43,407 nt of DNA, from NCBI GenBank assembly GCA_944393475.1, contig CALYAI010000001.1:1-43407 (forward strand), in the 5' to 3' direction. Position numbers and translations under genes: made by a program. This stretch comes from an uncultured Clostridia bacterium (GTDB taxonomy: Bacteria; Bacillota; Clostridia; TANB77; CAG-508). Shown in pieces: positions 18,011-26,603 of the stretch. Every line of letters begins with the position of its first letter. The stretch's first letter is position 1. The notes below the pieces were generated by a model. It ran no database searches. It saw only the letters and a program-made list of their open reading frames with translations, and was not told the DNA's origin.

Positions 18011-20317
18011 ATGCAGGATTTATTAGAAGGATTAAATAACAAACAATATGAAGCTGTAATAAATACAGAAGGACCATGCTTAGTAATCGCAGGAGCTGGT
18101 AGTGGAAAGACAAAAGTATTAACACATAAAATAGCTTATTTAATTAATGAAAAAGATGTAAAGCCATGGAATATACTTTCAATTACATTTACAAATAAAG
18201 CAGCAAACGAAATGAAAGAAAGAGTAGAAAATTTAATAGGAAATAGTGCACAAGATATATGGATGGGAACATTTCATTCTATTTGTGTAAGAATATTAAG
18301 AAAATTTATAGATAGAATTGGATTTGATCATTCATTTGTTATATTCGATACTTCTGACCAGAGAGCTCTAATTAAAGAATGTTTAAAAGATTTACAAATT
18401 GACGATAAGATGTTTACAGACAGAAGTGTTCAATTCGAAATAAGTAATGCTAAAAATGACATGAAAGAACCTGAAGAATACGAAGCAATGGTAAAAGGTG
18501 ATTTTAGAAGAGAGAAAATAGCTACAATATATAATTTGTATCAGAAGAGGCTTAAAGAGAACAATGCGATAGACTTTGACGATATTATAAACTTCACAAT
18601 AAAAATATTTAAAGAAAATGCAGATGTATTAGATTATTATGCTAATAAATTTGAATACATATTAGTAGATGAATACCAAGATACAAATAAATCACAATTT
18701 ACTTTAATCAGATTGCTTGCAAGTATACATGGTAATATAACTGTAGTTGGGGATAACGACCAGGGAATTTATAGTTTTCGTGGAGCAGATATAACAAATA
18801 TTCTAAATTTCGAAAAAGATTTTAAAGGAACAAAAATAATAAAACTAGAACAAAACTATAGATGTACACAGAATATATTAAATGCAGCTAATTCAGTAAT
18901 AAAAAATAATGAGGTAAAATATAAAAAGAAATTATGGACCGAAAATGAAGAAGGAGTATTACCAATATTCCATACAGCTGATGATGAATATGATGAGGGA
19001 AGATATATTGTAGAACAAATAAATCACTTAAGAAGAGAAGAATATTATAAATATTCAGACTTTGCAATATTATATAGAATGAATTCACAGTCAAGAGCAA
19101 TAGAAGAGATTTTAAGAAGAGAAGATATACCATATAAAATTGTTGGTGGTTTAAAATTCTATGAAAGAAAAGAAATAAAGGATATAATTTCATATTTAAG
19201 ATTAATAAATAATCCTTCCGATAATTTAGCATTAAAAAGAATAATAAATGAACCAAAAAGAGGAATAGGAAAAACTAGCTTAGATAAAATACAAGCAATT
19301 TCAGAACAAACAGGGATACCAATGTATCAAATAATTAAAGAAGTTGACCAATATGGACTAGCTAGAGTATATAACAATGCAAAAGGATTTATAGAAATAA
19401 TAGAAGAGTTAATAAGCAAAAAAGATGAGTATACAATTACAGAATTAATTAAGCATACTCTAAAGGAAAGTGGATATACTAAGGCGCTAGAAGATGAAAA
19501 CACAATAGAAGCTGAAAACAGAATAGAAAACTTGGAAGAATTTTTAACTGTAGCAGTACAATTCGAAGAAGAAGAGGCAGATAATGATTTAAGTTCTTTC
19601 TTAGAAGGAATAACACTTTCTAGTGATATTGATGGAATGGATGATGAAGAAGAATCAGTAACATTAATGACATTACACTCTGCAAAAGGTTTGGAATTTC
19701 CAGTAGTGTTCTTAGTTGGTATGGAAGAAGGAATATTCCCGGGATATAAATCTATTGGAGAACCAAAAGAACTAGAAGAAGAAAGACGTTTATGCTATGT
19801 TGGAATTACAAGAGCTAAGAACAATTTATATTTAACATGTAGTCGACAAAGAACAATGTTTGGTTCAACTAGTTGCAATCCTGTATCTAGATTTGTAAAA
19901 GAAATACCAGAAGAAATGCTAGATGGTGCAGACGAAATTAATAGCAAAAAAGAAGACACATTTGCAAATACAAATTATGAATGGAGCTATGGAAGATACG
20001 GAAACAAAGGATATGGAAATAATAGCGAAGTAGTAAGCTATAAAATAGATACAAAGAAAACAGCTCCTGAGCCAAGTTTTGCATTTAAGTCAGCAGAAAG
20101 TTTCTTAGCTAAATTAAATAATAAGAATAAAGAAAATAATAATACGGATCTTTCAAAATTCAAAGAGGGGCAAAGAATTTACCATAAACGTTTTGGAGAA
20201 GGAAATATTAGTAAAATAGAGCCAGAAGGGGATGACCTAAAGCTAGACATACAATTTGATAAAGCAGGTCATAAACGTTTAATGGCAAAATTTGCGAATT
20301 TAGAAATAATAGAATAA
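18011..20317 (+). CDS. pcrA: ATP-dependent DNA helicase PcrA (UvrD/Rep superfamily 1)
   Basis: Motifs AGAGSGKT, VDEYQDTN, GDNDQGIYSFRGA, TLHSAKGLEFPVVF and YVGITRAK. The first ATG is at 18011 (MQDLLEGLNNKQYEAV). The true start is uncertain (see finding). Confidence 0.85.
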   Translation: MQDLLEGLNNKQYEAVINTEGPCLVIAGAGSGKTKVLTHKIAYLINEKDVKPWNILSITFTNKAANEMKERVENLIGNSAQDIWMGTFHSICVRILRKFIDRIGFDHSFVIFDTSDQRALIKECLKDLQIDDKMFTDRSVQFEISNAKNDMKEPEEYEAMVKGDFRREKIATIYNLYQKRLKENNAIDFDDIINFTIKIFKENADVLDYYANKFEYILVDEYQDTNKSQFTLIRLLASIHGNITVVGDNDQGIYSFRGADITNILNFEKDFKGTKIIKLEQNYRCTQNILNAANSVIKNNEVKYKKKLWTENEEGVLPIFHTADDEYDEGRYIVEQINHLRREEYYKYSDFAILYRMNSQSRAIEEILRREDIPYKIVGGLKFYERKEIKDIISYLRLINNPSDNLALKRIINEPKRGIGKTSLDKIQAISEQTGIPMYQIIKEVDQYGLARVYNNAKGFIEIIEELISKKDEYTITELIKHTLKESGYTKALEDENTIEAENRIENLEEFLTVAVQFEEEEADNDLSSFLEGITLSSDIDGMDDEEESVTLMTLHSAKGLEFPVVFLVGMEEGIFPGYKSIGEPKELEEERRLCYVGITRAKNNLYLTCSRQRTMFGSTSCNPVSRFVKEIPEEMLDGADEINSKKEDTFANTNYEWSYGRYGNKGYGNNSEVVSYKIDTKKTAPEPSFAFKSAESFLAKLNNKNKENNNTDLSKFKEGQRIYHKRFGEGNISKIEPEGDDLKLDIQFDKAGHKRLMAKFANLEIIE

Positions 20318-20335
20318 AGAAAATTATTATGTAGA

Positions 20336-20371
20336 AAAACGAAATGCTAATAAAAAAGCATTTCGTTTTTT
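20336..20371 (+). terminator. Rho-independent terminator
   Basis: AAAACGAAATGC / GCATTTCGTTTT 12-bp stem with a 10-nt loop, then T-run. Confidence 0.75.
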
Positions 20372-20435
20372 GCATATGTATAAAAATAAAAAAATTGTAA
20401 ATAATATATGAAGAAATATGTAAAGGAGTGATTAT

Positions 20436-20624
20436 ATGCCAAACTTAAGTCAAATAGAATTACAAAATTTAAGACATCTTATAGGAGCACACGAAACTTC
20501 ATATCAAAAATTAAATGCATATTCTTCAGAGGCAGTTGACCCACAAATTAAGCAGATATTTGCTAAATCTGCACAAGATGCATTAAATACAAAACAAAAA
20601 TTAATGAGTTTTCTAAATAATTAA
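20436..20624 (+). CDS. Small spore-coat-associated protein (partner of the CotF-like protein)
   Basis: SD AAAGGAG. 62 aa helical protein immediately upstream of a Coat-F-like gene. This two-gene pairing is common in Clostridia. Assignment rests on context and weak similarity. Confidence 0.55.
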   Translation: MPNLSQIELQNLRHLIGAHETSYQKLNAYSSEAVDPQIKQIFAKSAQDALNTKQKLMSFLNN

Positions 20625-20652
20625 AATAAGTTTGTGAAAGGAATGAAAATTT

Positions 20653-20895
20653 ATGAATGAAAAAATAATGGTAAATGATATTTTATCTGGAGTAAAGTCA
20701 AGTTTATCAACATATCAAACAGCAATAACAGAAACAGAGAATATGGAATTAAGACAAACTCTTCAACAAATAAGAAATAATGACGAGAGTTTTCAATATG
20801 AATTATTTAAGGTTGCGCAAGCAAAAGGTTATTATAAACCAGCAGCAAAAGCGACTGTAACTGAAATTGATGAAGTGAAACAATGTTTACAATAA
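20653..20895 (+). CDS. Spore coat protein F-like (Coat_F domain)
   Basis: VNDILSGVKSSLSTYQTAITETENMELRQTLQQIRNNDESFQYELFKVAQAKGYY matches the Coat F pattern as I recall it. Confidence 0.65.
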   Translation: MNEKIMVNDILSGVKSSLSTYQTAITETENMELRQTLQQIRNNDESFQYELFKVAQAKGYYKPAAKATVTEIDEVKQCLQ

Positions 20896-20913
20896 TTTTG
20901 CTTTGTAAACTGA

Positions 20914-20950
20914 AAAGGAACCATTATATAAAAAATAGTGGTTCCTTTTA
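20914..20950 (+). terminator. Rho-independent terminator
   Basis: AAAGGAACCA / TGGTTCCTTT stem with a 15-nt loop, then a short T-run. Confidence 0.6.
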
Positions 20951-21156
20951 TAATTTGTCAAATGAGCTATTGCGAAGGATTTTAAAGAATTAAGTAACAA
21001 ATAAAAATATTACAGAAATATTAACTCATATAGAAAAAAAGAGAAAACAGGAAAAAAAGAGATATAAAGCGTAAAAATATTTAAATAATGGCTAAATACA
21101 AAATTTGAAGAATAAAAACTTTTATTATATGATAGTGTCATCGCAAAGGAAAAGGA

Positions 21157-22185
21157 GTGTTAAAAATTACTAGGTCAAGAAAAGTATTAATGAATTTTAG
21201 AACTTTAATCAAGTTATTTGCAATACTCGCAATAGCGACAGCGTTAATATGGGCATTAATTGTTTTTGTATATAAACCAATATATAGTGTTACCGTAAAT
21301 GGACAATTTTTAGGATATTGCGAAGATAAAACAGAAATGCAGAATAGGATAAATGACTATATGGATAATGGTTCTGGCGAAAATGTAGCATTCGTAGAAA
21401 TAAATGATTTGCCAGAATATAAAATGTGTTTATTAAAAAAAGGAATTCAAACAAATGATGATGAAATTTTTAATAAAGTAATATCACAAGGGAAAAATTA
21501 TTATACATATTACGCATTAGCTGTAAATGGTGAAGAAAAACTATATCTAAAAAATCTTGAAGAAGCAGAAAGTGCTTTACAAGAATTAAAAGATAAAGAT
21601 AGTGCAAACAAAGACAATATAACAATAGAGGAAAAATATAATACCGAGCTTGCAACTTTGGTTGCAAAGGAAGATGCGGTTAATCAATTATATGTAGAAA
21701 AGAAACCTGTAAATGATAAAATTTTAATTGCATCAACAGCAACAAATAGAAGTACAAGCAATAGAATAAGTACTTCAACAAAAGTTTCAAAAGGAAAAGC
21801 AAATTTAGGAATTACATTAATAGAACCAATAAGTGGAATAATTACAGCAAAATATGGAGAAGTTAGTGGTGTTCGTTCAAGTTCACATACAGGACTTGAT
21901 ATAGCTGCACCAAAAGGAACATCAATCAAGGCTGCTGCCTCTGGAACAGTAGTGTTTGCTGGTAGAAAAGGAAGCTATGGCTTAATGGTAGCAATATCAC
22001 ATGGTAATGGAGTGCAAACATATTATGCACATTGTAGTAAATTATTAGTTTCTGTTGGACAAACTGTATCACAGGGAGAAGTTATTGCAAAAGTTGGAAG
22101 TACGGGTAATTCAACAGGAAATCACTTACACTTAGAAGTTAGAGTAAATGGACAAAGTTACAATCCACAAAAATATGTATATTAA
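21157..22185 (+). CDS. M23/LytM-family metallopeptidase with N-terminal membrane anchor
   Basis: GTG start 7 nt after AAGGA (an alternative ATG is at 21190). One TM. Intact catalytic motifs HTGLDIAAPKGT (HxxxD) and GNHLHLEV (HxH). Confidence 0.8.
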   Translation: MLKITRSRKVLMNFRTLIKLFAILAIATALIWALIVFVYKPIYSVTVNGQFLGYCEDKTEMQNRINDYMDNGSGENVAFVEINDLPEYKMCLLKKGIQTNDDEIFNKVISQGKNYYTYYALAVNGEEKLYLKNLEEAESALQELKDKDSANKDNITIEEKYNTELATLVAKEDAVNQLYVEKKPVNDKILIASTATNRSTSNRISTSTKVSKGKANLGITLIEPISGIITAKYGEVSGVRSSSHTGLDIAAPKGTSIKAAASGTVVFAGRKGSYGLMVAISHGNGVQTYYAHCSKLLVSVGQTVSQGEVIAKVGSTGNSTGNHLHLEVRVNGQSYNPQKYVY

Positions 22186-22190
22186 ATAAA

Positions 22191-22216
22191 AAATGGGAGC
22201 TTTAGCTCCCATTTTT
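22191..22216. terminator. Bidirectional terminator between the M23 peptidase gene and mecA
   Basis: AAATGGGAGC / GCTCCCATTT 10-bp stem with TTTA loop, and A/T runs on both sides. Confidence 0.8.
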
Positions 22217-22838
22217 AAGTATTTAAACTTTTAGAAATCGTTTTATAAAAATTATTTTTAATAATAAGATGTCCATATTCGGATAATCTACTTTTAAATA
22301 AATTAGAATTGTTTACACTCTTACCAAATTCTGTTAAGGCACATAAAAATTGTTTTATACCTATAAAATCTTTGTTTATATTTTCCATGATTAAATAATA
22401 ATTACTTTTGTATATATATAATGAGAAACTTTTTGTAAAAGTAATTAATCCAGGAATATTTTTATTTTTTAATAATAGTACAAAGTCGCATATATCATCA
22501 TATGAATTAAACTTATATATAATCGTATCCGTATTTAAATTCGCAGATTTTCTTTTTGCCATTATTGTTTTTTTCTTATATGTATTTATATCTGGTAAAG
22601 ACCTTGTTACAGTTATTATAAAATCACCATCAAAAGTAGCTAAAGCTTCAACCATTAATTTATAATCTTTAGTTTTAAAGCCAATTTGTTCTTCAGCTTC
22701 ATCTAATATATCCATAAAAAGTTTTTGGGTATCAGATGAATTAGACATAAAAGATTGGTAATCTATATCATTATCTTCTAAATCTTGAAGGTTGAGAATA
22801 ATTCTAATTTTGTCATTGCTCAATTTCTCGAATCTCAT
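22215..22838 (-). CDS. mecA: Adaptor protein MecA (ClpC adaptor)
   Basis: Start moved to the internal ATG at 22838 (MRFEKLSNDKIRIILNLQDLEDNDIDYQ), 8 nt after GGGAGGG. N-terminal pattern and length of about 207 aa are typical of MecA. Confidence 0.75.
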   Translation of the reverse strand: MRFEKLSNDKIRIILNLQDLEDNDIDYQSFMSNSSDTQKLFMDILDEAEEQIGFKTKDYKLMVEALATFDGDFIITVTRSLPDINTYKKKTIMAKRKSANLNTDTIIYKFNSYDDICDFVLLLKNKNIPGLITFTKSFSLYIYKSNYYLIMENINKDFIGIKQFLCALTEFGKSVNNSNLFKSRLSEYGHLIIKNNFYKTISKSLNT

Positions 22839-23062
22839 TATATATCCCTCCCGAAAAATTATAATTGTATGTAAGTAATTATTAGAACCTATATTCATTA
22901 TACTATATTAAAAGAATAATTAGAATCTGAAATATTTGGTAATATAGTATATTCTACTAAATTAATTTTTGTACATTTAATATAGCACAAAGGAAAATAA
23001 AAGAAAAGAAAAAAATGGAAAAAAATATACAAATTTTTATTGTGTAAATATTGTGAATAGAC

Positions 23063-23091
23063 TTGAAAAAACGATGTGAAATATATATAAT
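23063..23091 (+). promoter_or_regulatory. Sigma-A promoter of the cell-shape operon
   Basis: TTGAAA, 17-nt spacer, TATAAT (23086-23091). Confidence 0.6.
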
Positions 23092-23140
23092 GTTATGGAA
23101 TTAAATTGTTAATTTCCGTAAGGAAAAAGGGGGAACACTA

Positions 23141-23398
23141 ATGGCAACAAAAGATAAAAATATATGGATTTTAATAATATTTATTTTAGCAGGATTAGTA
23201 ATAGGTGGATTACTAGGACAACTTGCATCTGGAGTGGACTTTTTATGGTGGTTGGGCTATGGTAGTAGCTTTGGACTAGCAGAACCTCTAGTATTAGACC
23301 TAAGTATAGTAAAGCTTACTTTTGGTCTAGTAATAAATGTAAATATAGCAAGTATAATTGGAATATTATTAGGAGTATTAATATATAGAAAAATGTAA
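23141..23398 (+). CDS. DUF4321-family small membrane protein
   Basis: 85 aa with two to three TM helices. Reads ILAGLVIGGLLGQLAS...LDLSIVKLTFGL. Sits in the typical position upstream of radC-mreB in Clostridia. Confidence 0.7.
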   Translation: MATKDKNIWILIIFILAGLVIGGLLGQLASGVDFLWWLGYGSSFGLAEPLVLDLSIVKLTFGLVINVNIASIIGILLGVLIYRKM

Positions 23399-23427
23399 TT
23401 AACTGTTGGGGGCAGAAAGGATATAAG

Positions 23428-24129
23428 ATGATTATAAAAAAGCTCCCAGAGTTAGAAAGACCATATGAAAAATTAGAAATATATGGGGAAGAGAATTTAT
23501 CTAATTCAGAATTACTAGCAATTATTATAAAAACAGGATCAAAGGATAATTCTGCTTTAGATTTAGCTCAGAAAATTTTAAATCTTGGAAACGAGTGTAA
23601 TAAGAACGACATTACATTTTTAAAAGAACTTACAATACAAGAGCTAATGCAAATAAAAGGAATTGGAAAGAAAAAGGCAATACAAATTAAAGCTGTATGT
23701 GAACTTGCAAAAAGAATAGGAAAGCCAATATATGCTAAAAAAATAATAATAAGAGGAACAGAGGATGTTGCAAATTTATTTATTAAGGAATTAGCAGGAA
23801 TAAAAAGAGAAATAGCAAAATTAATTATTTTAAATAATAAAAATGCAATAATAAAAATAAAAAATATTTCTTTCGGTGGACAAAATTTTGTAATGATAGA
23901 TCCAAAAGATATTTTTACAGAAGCTATAAAAATGCAAGCACAACGAATAATACTTGTACATAATCATCCAAGTGGAGATCCAACTCCGAGTAAAGAAGAC
24001 ATTATTCTTACAAACAGAGTTAAAGATGCAGCCAACCTACTTGGAATTTCTTTTTTAGACCATGTAATAATAGGAAATAACAATTACGAAAGTGTTTTTT
24101 CAATAATGAGAAAGAAAGGATTGTTTTAA
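23428..24129 (+). CDS. radC: RadC-family JAB/MPN-domain protein (UPF0758)
   Basis: N-terminal ELLAIIIKTGSK, HhH region IKGIGKKKA, and JAMM-like motif VHNHPSGDPTPSKEDI. Confidence 0.85.
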   Translation: MIIKKLPELERPYEKLEIYGEENLSNSELLAIIIKTGSKDNSALDLAQKILNLGNECNKNDITFLKELTIQELMQIKGIGKKKAIQIKAVCELAKRIGKPIYAKKIIIRGTEDVANLFIKELAGIKREIAKLIILNNKNAIIKIKNISFGGQNFVMIDPKDIFTEAIKMQAQRIILVHNHPSGDPTPSKEDIILTNRVKDAANLLGISFLDHVIIGNNNYESVFSIMRKKGLF

Positions 24130-24130
24130 T

Positions 24131-25165
24131 ATGTTTAATTTTTTAGGACTTAAATCAAAAGATATAGGAATAGACTTGGGAACAGCTAATATTTTAGTTA
24201 CACTTAAAGGAAAGGGCATTGTTCTTAACGAGCCATCAGTTGTAGCAATAGACAGAGCCAGTGGAGAAATCTTAGCGACAGGTTATGAAGCAAAGGAAAT
24301 GTTGGGAAGAACTCCAGAAACAATAAAAGCTGTTAGACCATTAAGGGATGGAGTTATTGCAGATTTTACTGCTACGGAATTAATGCTTAAAAATATAATA
24401 AGAAAGGTTTGTAGACAAAATAATGTTGGAAAGCCAAGAATATTAGTAGGAGTTCCATCTGGAATAACAGAAGTAGAAGAAAGAGCAGTAGAAGAATCTG
24501 TTATGCAAGCAGGAGCTAAAGAAGTATATTTAATAGAAGAGCCAATGGCAGCTGCAATTGGTGCAAATTTGGATGTATCAGAACCTAGCGGAAATATAAT
24601 CGTAGATATTGGTGGTGGTACAACTGAAGTTGCTGTTGTTTCTTTAGGAGGAATAGTTATAAGCCATTCTTTAAGAATTGCTGGGGACGAATTAGACGAA
24701 GATATAATGAACTATATAAAAAGAGAATTTAATTTAGCAATTGGAGATACAACAGCAGAAGATATAAAAAAGCAAATTGGTTGTGCTTTACCTCTAATGA
24801 CAGAGATGACAATGGATGTTACAGGAAGAGATTTAAATACGGGATTACCAAGAAATATTGTTGTAACATCTAGCAATATACAAGAAGCTATAGAAAATTC
24901 TATTAACGAAATTGTAGAAACAATAAAAGCAACATTGGAAAAAACACCACCTGAGTTAGCTTCAGATATCATGGAAAAAGGAATTGTTCTTGCTGGTGGT
25001 GGAGCATTAATAAAAAATTTGGACAAGCTAATTAGCGAAAGAACAGGAATGCCAGTTTATGTAGCAGAAGATCCTTTGGATTGTGTTGTTAAAGGAACTG
25101 GAAAAACATTGGAGAACATAGAAAAACTAAGATCTGTCTTAATTAACGCGAGAAAAAGAATATAA
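24131..25165 (+). CDS. mreB: Rod-shape-determining actin homologue MreB
   Basis: Motifs DIGIDLGTANILV, RPLRDGVIADF, IVDIGGGTTEVAV and GIVLAGGGALI. Confidence 0.95.
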   Translation: MFNFLGLKSKDIGIDLGTANILVTLKGKGIVLNEPSVVAIDRASGEILATGYEAKEMLGRTPETIKAVRPLRDGVIADFTATELMLKNIIRKVCRQNNVGKPRILVGVPSGITEVEERAVEESVMQAGAKEVYLIEEPMAAAIGANLDVSEPSGNIIVDIGGGTTEVAVVSLGGIVISHSLRIAGDELDEDIMNYIKREFNLAIGDTTAEDIKKQIGCALPLMTEMTMDVTGRDLNTGLPRNIVVTSSNIQEAIENSINEIVETIKATLEKTPPELASDIMEKGIVLAGGGALIKNLDKLISERTGMPVYVAEDPLDCVVKGTGKTLENIEKLRSVLINARKRI

Positions 25166-25213
25166 TTTCTTGTATTAGTAACAGGAAATTAATTTAAAGA
25201 AAGGAAGTAAGAA

Positions 25214-26032
25214 ATGTATAAAAAGAAAAAAAACGGAGTTGTTGGAATAGTAGTTACCGTAATAGTTTTAATTTTATTAGTAATACTTTCAAATATAAAA
25301 ATAGAAAATTTAACATTTGTAGAAAATGTTTTTAGCACTATAGTTATGCCATTTCAAAATGGATTTACAATGTTAAAAAATAAAATTTCTGGAAATGATA
25401 CATTTTTTACTGATTTGGACAACTTAAAAAACGAAAATGAAGACTTAAAACAAAAAAATAGTGAATTAGAACAATCATTAAGAGAACTAGAGATAATTAA
25501 AGCAGAAAATACTACTTTAAAAGAACAAATGAATCTTAAGGAGAAATATAGCGAATATAATACTGTATCTGGATATGTTATAAATAGGGATCTTAGCAAT
25601 TATACAGGCATGGTAGTTATAAATGTTGGATCAGATGATGGTGTACAGCCTAATATGACTGTAATTGCAGATAAAGGATTGGTAGGAAATGTAGTATCTG
25701 TTACATCAAATACTGCAAAAGTTCAAACAATTGTAGATCCTGCAAGTTCAGTAAGCTGTATAATTAGTACATCAAAAGATGCCTTTATAACAAAAGGAAG
25801 CATAAATAATAGCGGAAGAGAGATTAGAGCAACATATATACCAACAGATGCGGTTTTAGTTCAAGATACCAGTGTAGAAACTTCTGGTTTGGGTGGAATT
25901 TATCCAAAAGGAATTCATGTTGGAACAATAAAAGAAGTAGTAAATACTAAAAATCCAACAGATAAATATGCAACAATAGAAACAGCAGTTGATTTTTCAA
26001 AATTAGATACTGTACTTGTAATTTTAAATTAG
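25214..26032 (+). CDS. mreC: Rod-shape-determining protein MreC
   Basis: N-terminal TM, coiled coil (LKNENEDLKQKNSELEQSLRELE), and a C-terminal beta domain (GLVGNVVSV...AKVQTIVDP). Position is after mreB. Confidence 0.85.
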   Translation: MYKKKKNGVVGIVVTVIVLILLVILSNIKIENLTFVENVFSTIVMPFQNGFTMLKNKISGNDTFFTDLDNLKNENEDLKQKNSELEQSLRELEIIKAENTTLKEQMNLKEKYSEYNTVSGYVINRDLSNYTGMVVINVGSDDGVQPNMTVIADKGLVGNVVSVTSNTAKVQTIVDPASSVSCIISTSKDAFITKGSINNSGREIRATYIPTDAVLVQDTSVETSGLGGIYPKGIHVGTIKEVVNTKNPTDKYATIETAVDFSKLDTVLVILN

Positions 26033-26047
26033 GGAGGGAGAGTTAAT

Positions 26048-26581
26048 ATGAAAAAAACAATATCGATCTTGTTAATTTTCTTAGCTTTCCTTATAATATA
26101 TTTTTTGCAAAGTAATTTTTTTAATTGGTTTAATATAGCAGGAATTATGCCAAATATGTTTGTAATACTGATTATGGTAGTTGGATTATTTGCTGGTAAA
26201 TATGCGGGCATTTCTGCAGGAGTAATAATAGGATTGCTTTTGGATATATTTATAAGCAAAAAAGTCGGAATTACAGCTATAACATTGGGGATAGTAGGAC
26301 TTATATCTGCACTATTGGATAAGAATTTTTCAAAAGACAGTAGAATAACAATTATCTTAATGGTAATTATTTTAACTCTACTTTATGAAATATTAAATTA
26401 TGCAATTAATGCAATGATGTTTTCTTATTCATTAGAAATAATAGATTTCTTTATAAAACTGGGTATAGAGACATTTTTTAATGTATTAATAACAATAATT
26501 ATTTATCCACTAATTCAAAAAGGTGGTTTTGCACTAGAAGATAATTTTAAAGAAAGTAAAATATTAACGAGATATTTTTAA
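26048..26581 (+). CDS. mreD: Rod-shape-determining protein MreD
   Basis: 177 aa polytopic membrane protein directly after mreC. Confidence 0.75.
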   Translation: MKKTISILLIFLAFLIIYFLQSNFFNWFNIAGIMPNMFVILIMVVGLFAGKYAGISAGVIIGLLLDIFISKKVGITAITLGIVGLISALLDKNFSKDSRITIILMVIILTLLYEILNYAINAMMFSYSLEIIDFFIKLGIETFFNVLITIIIYPLIQKGGFALEDNFKESKILTRYF

Positions 26582-26603
26582 TAGTAGGATTGGAAGTGAT
26601 TAA

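Noticed and set aside
22408-22665. 85-aa +-strand ORF inside mecA
   Set aside because: It is antisense to mecA and has low-complexity hydrophobic composition.
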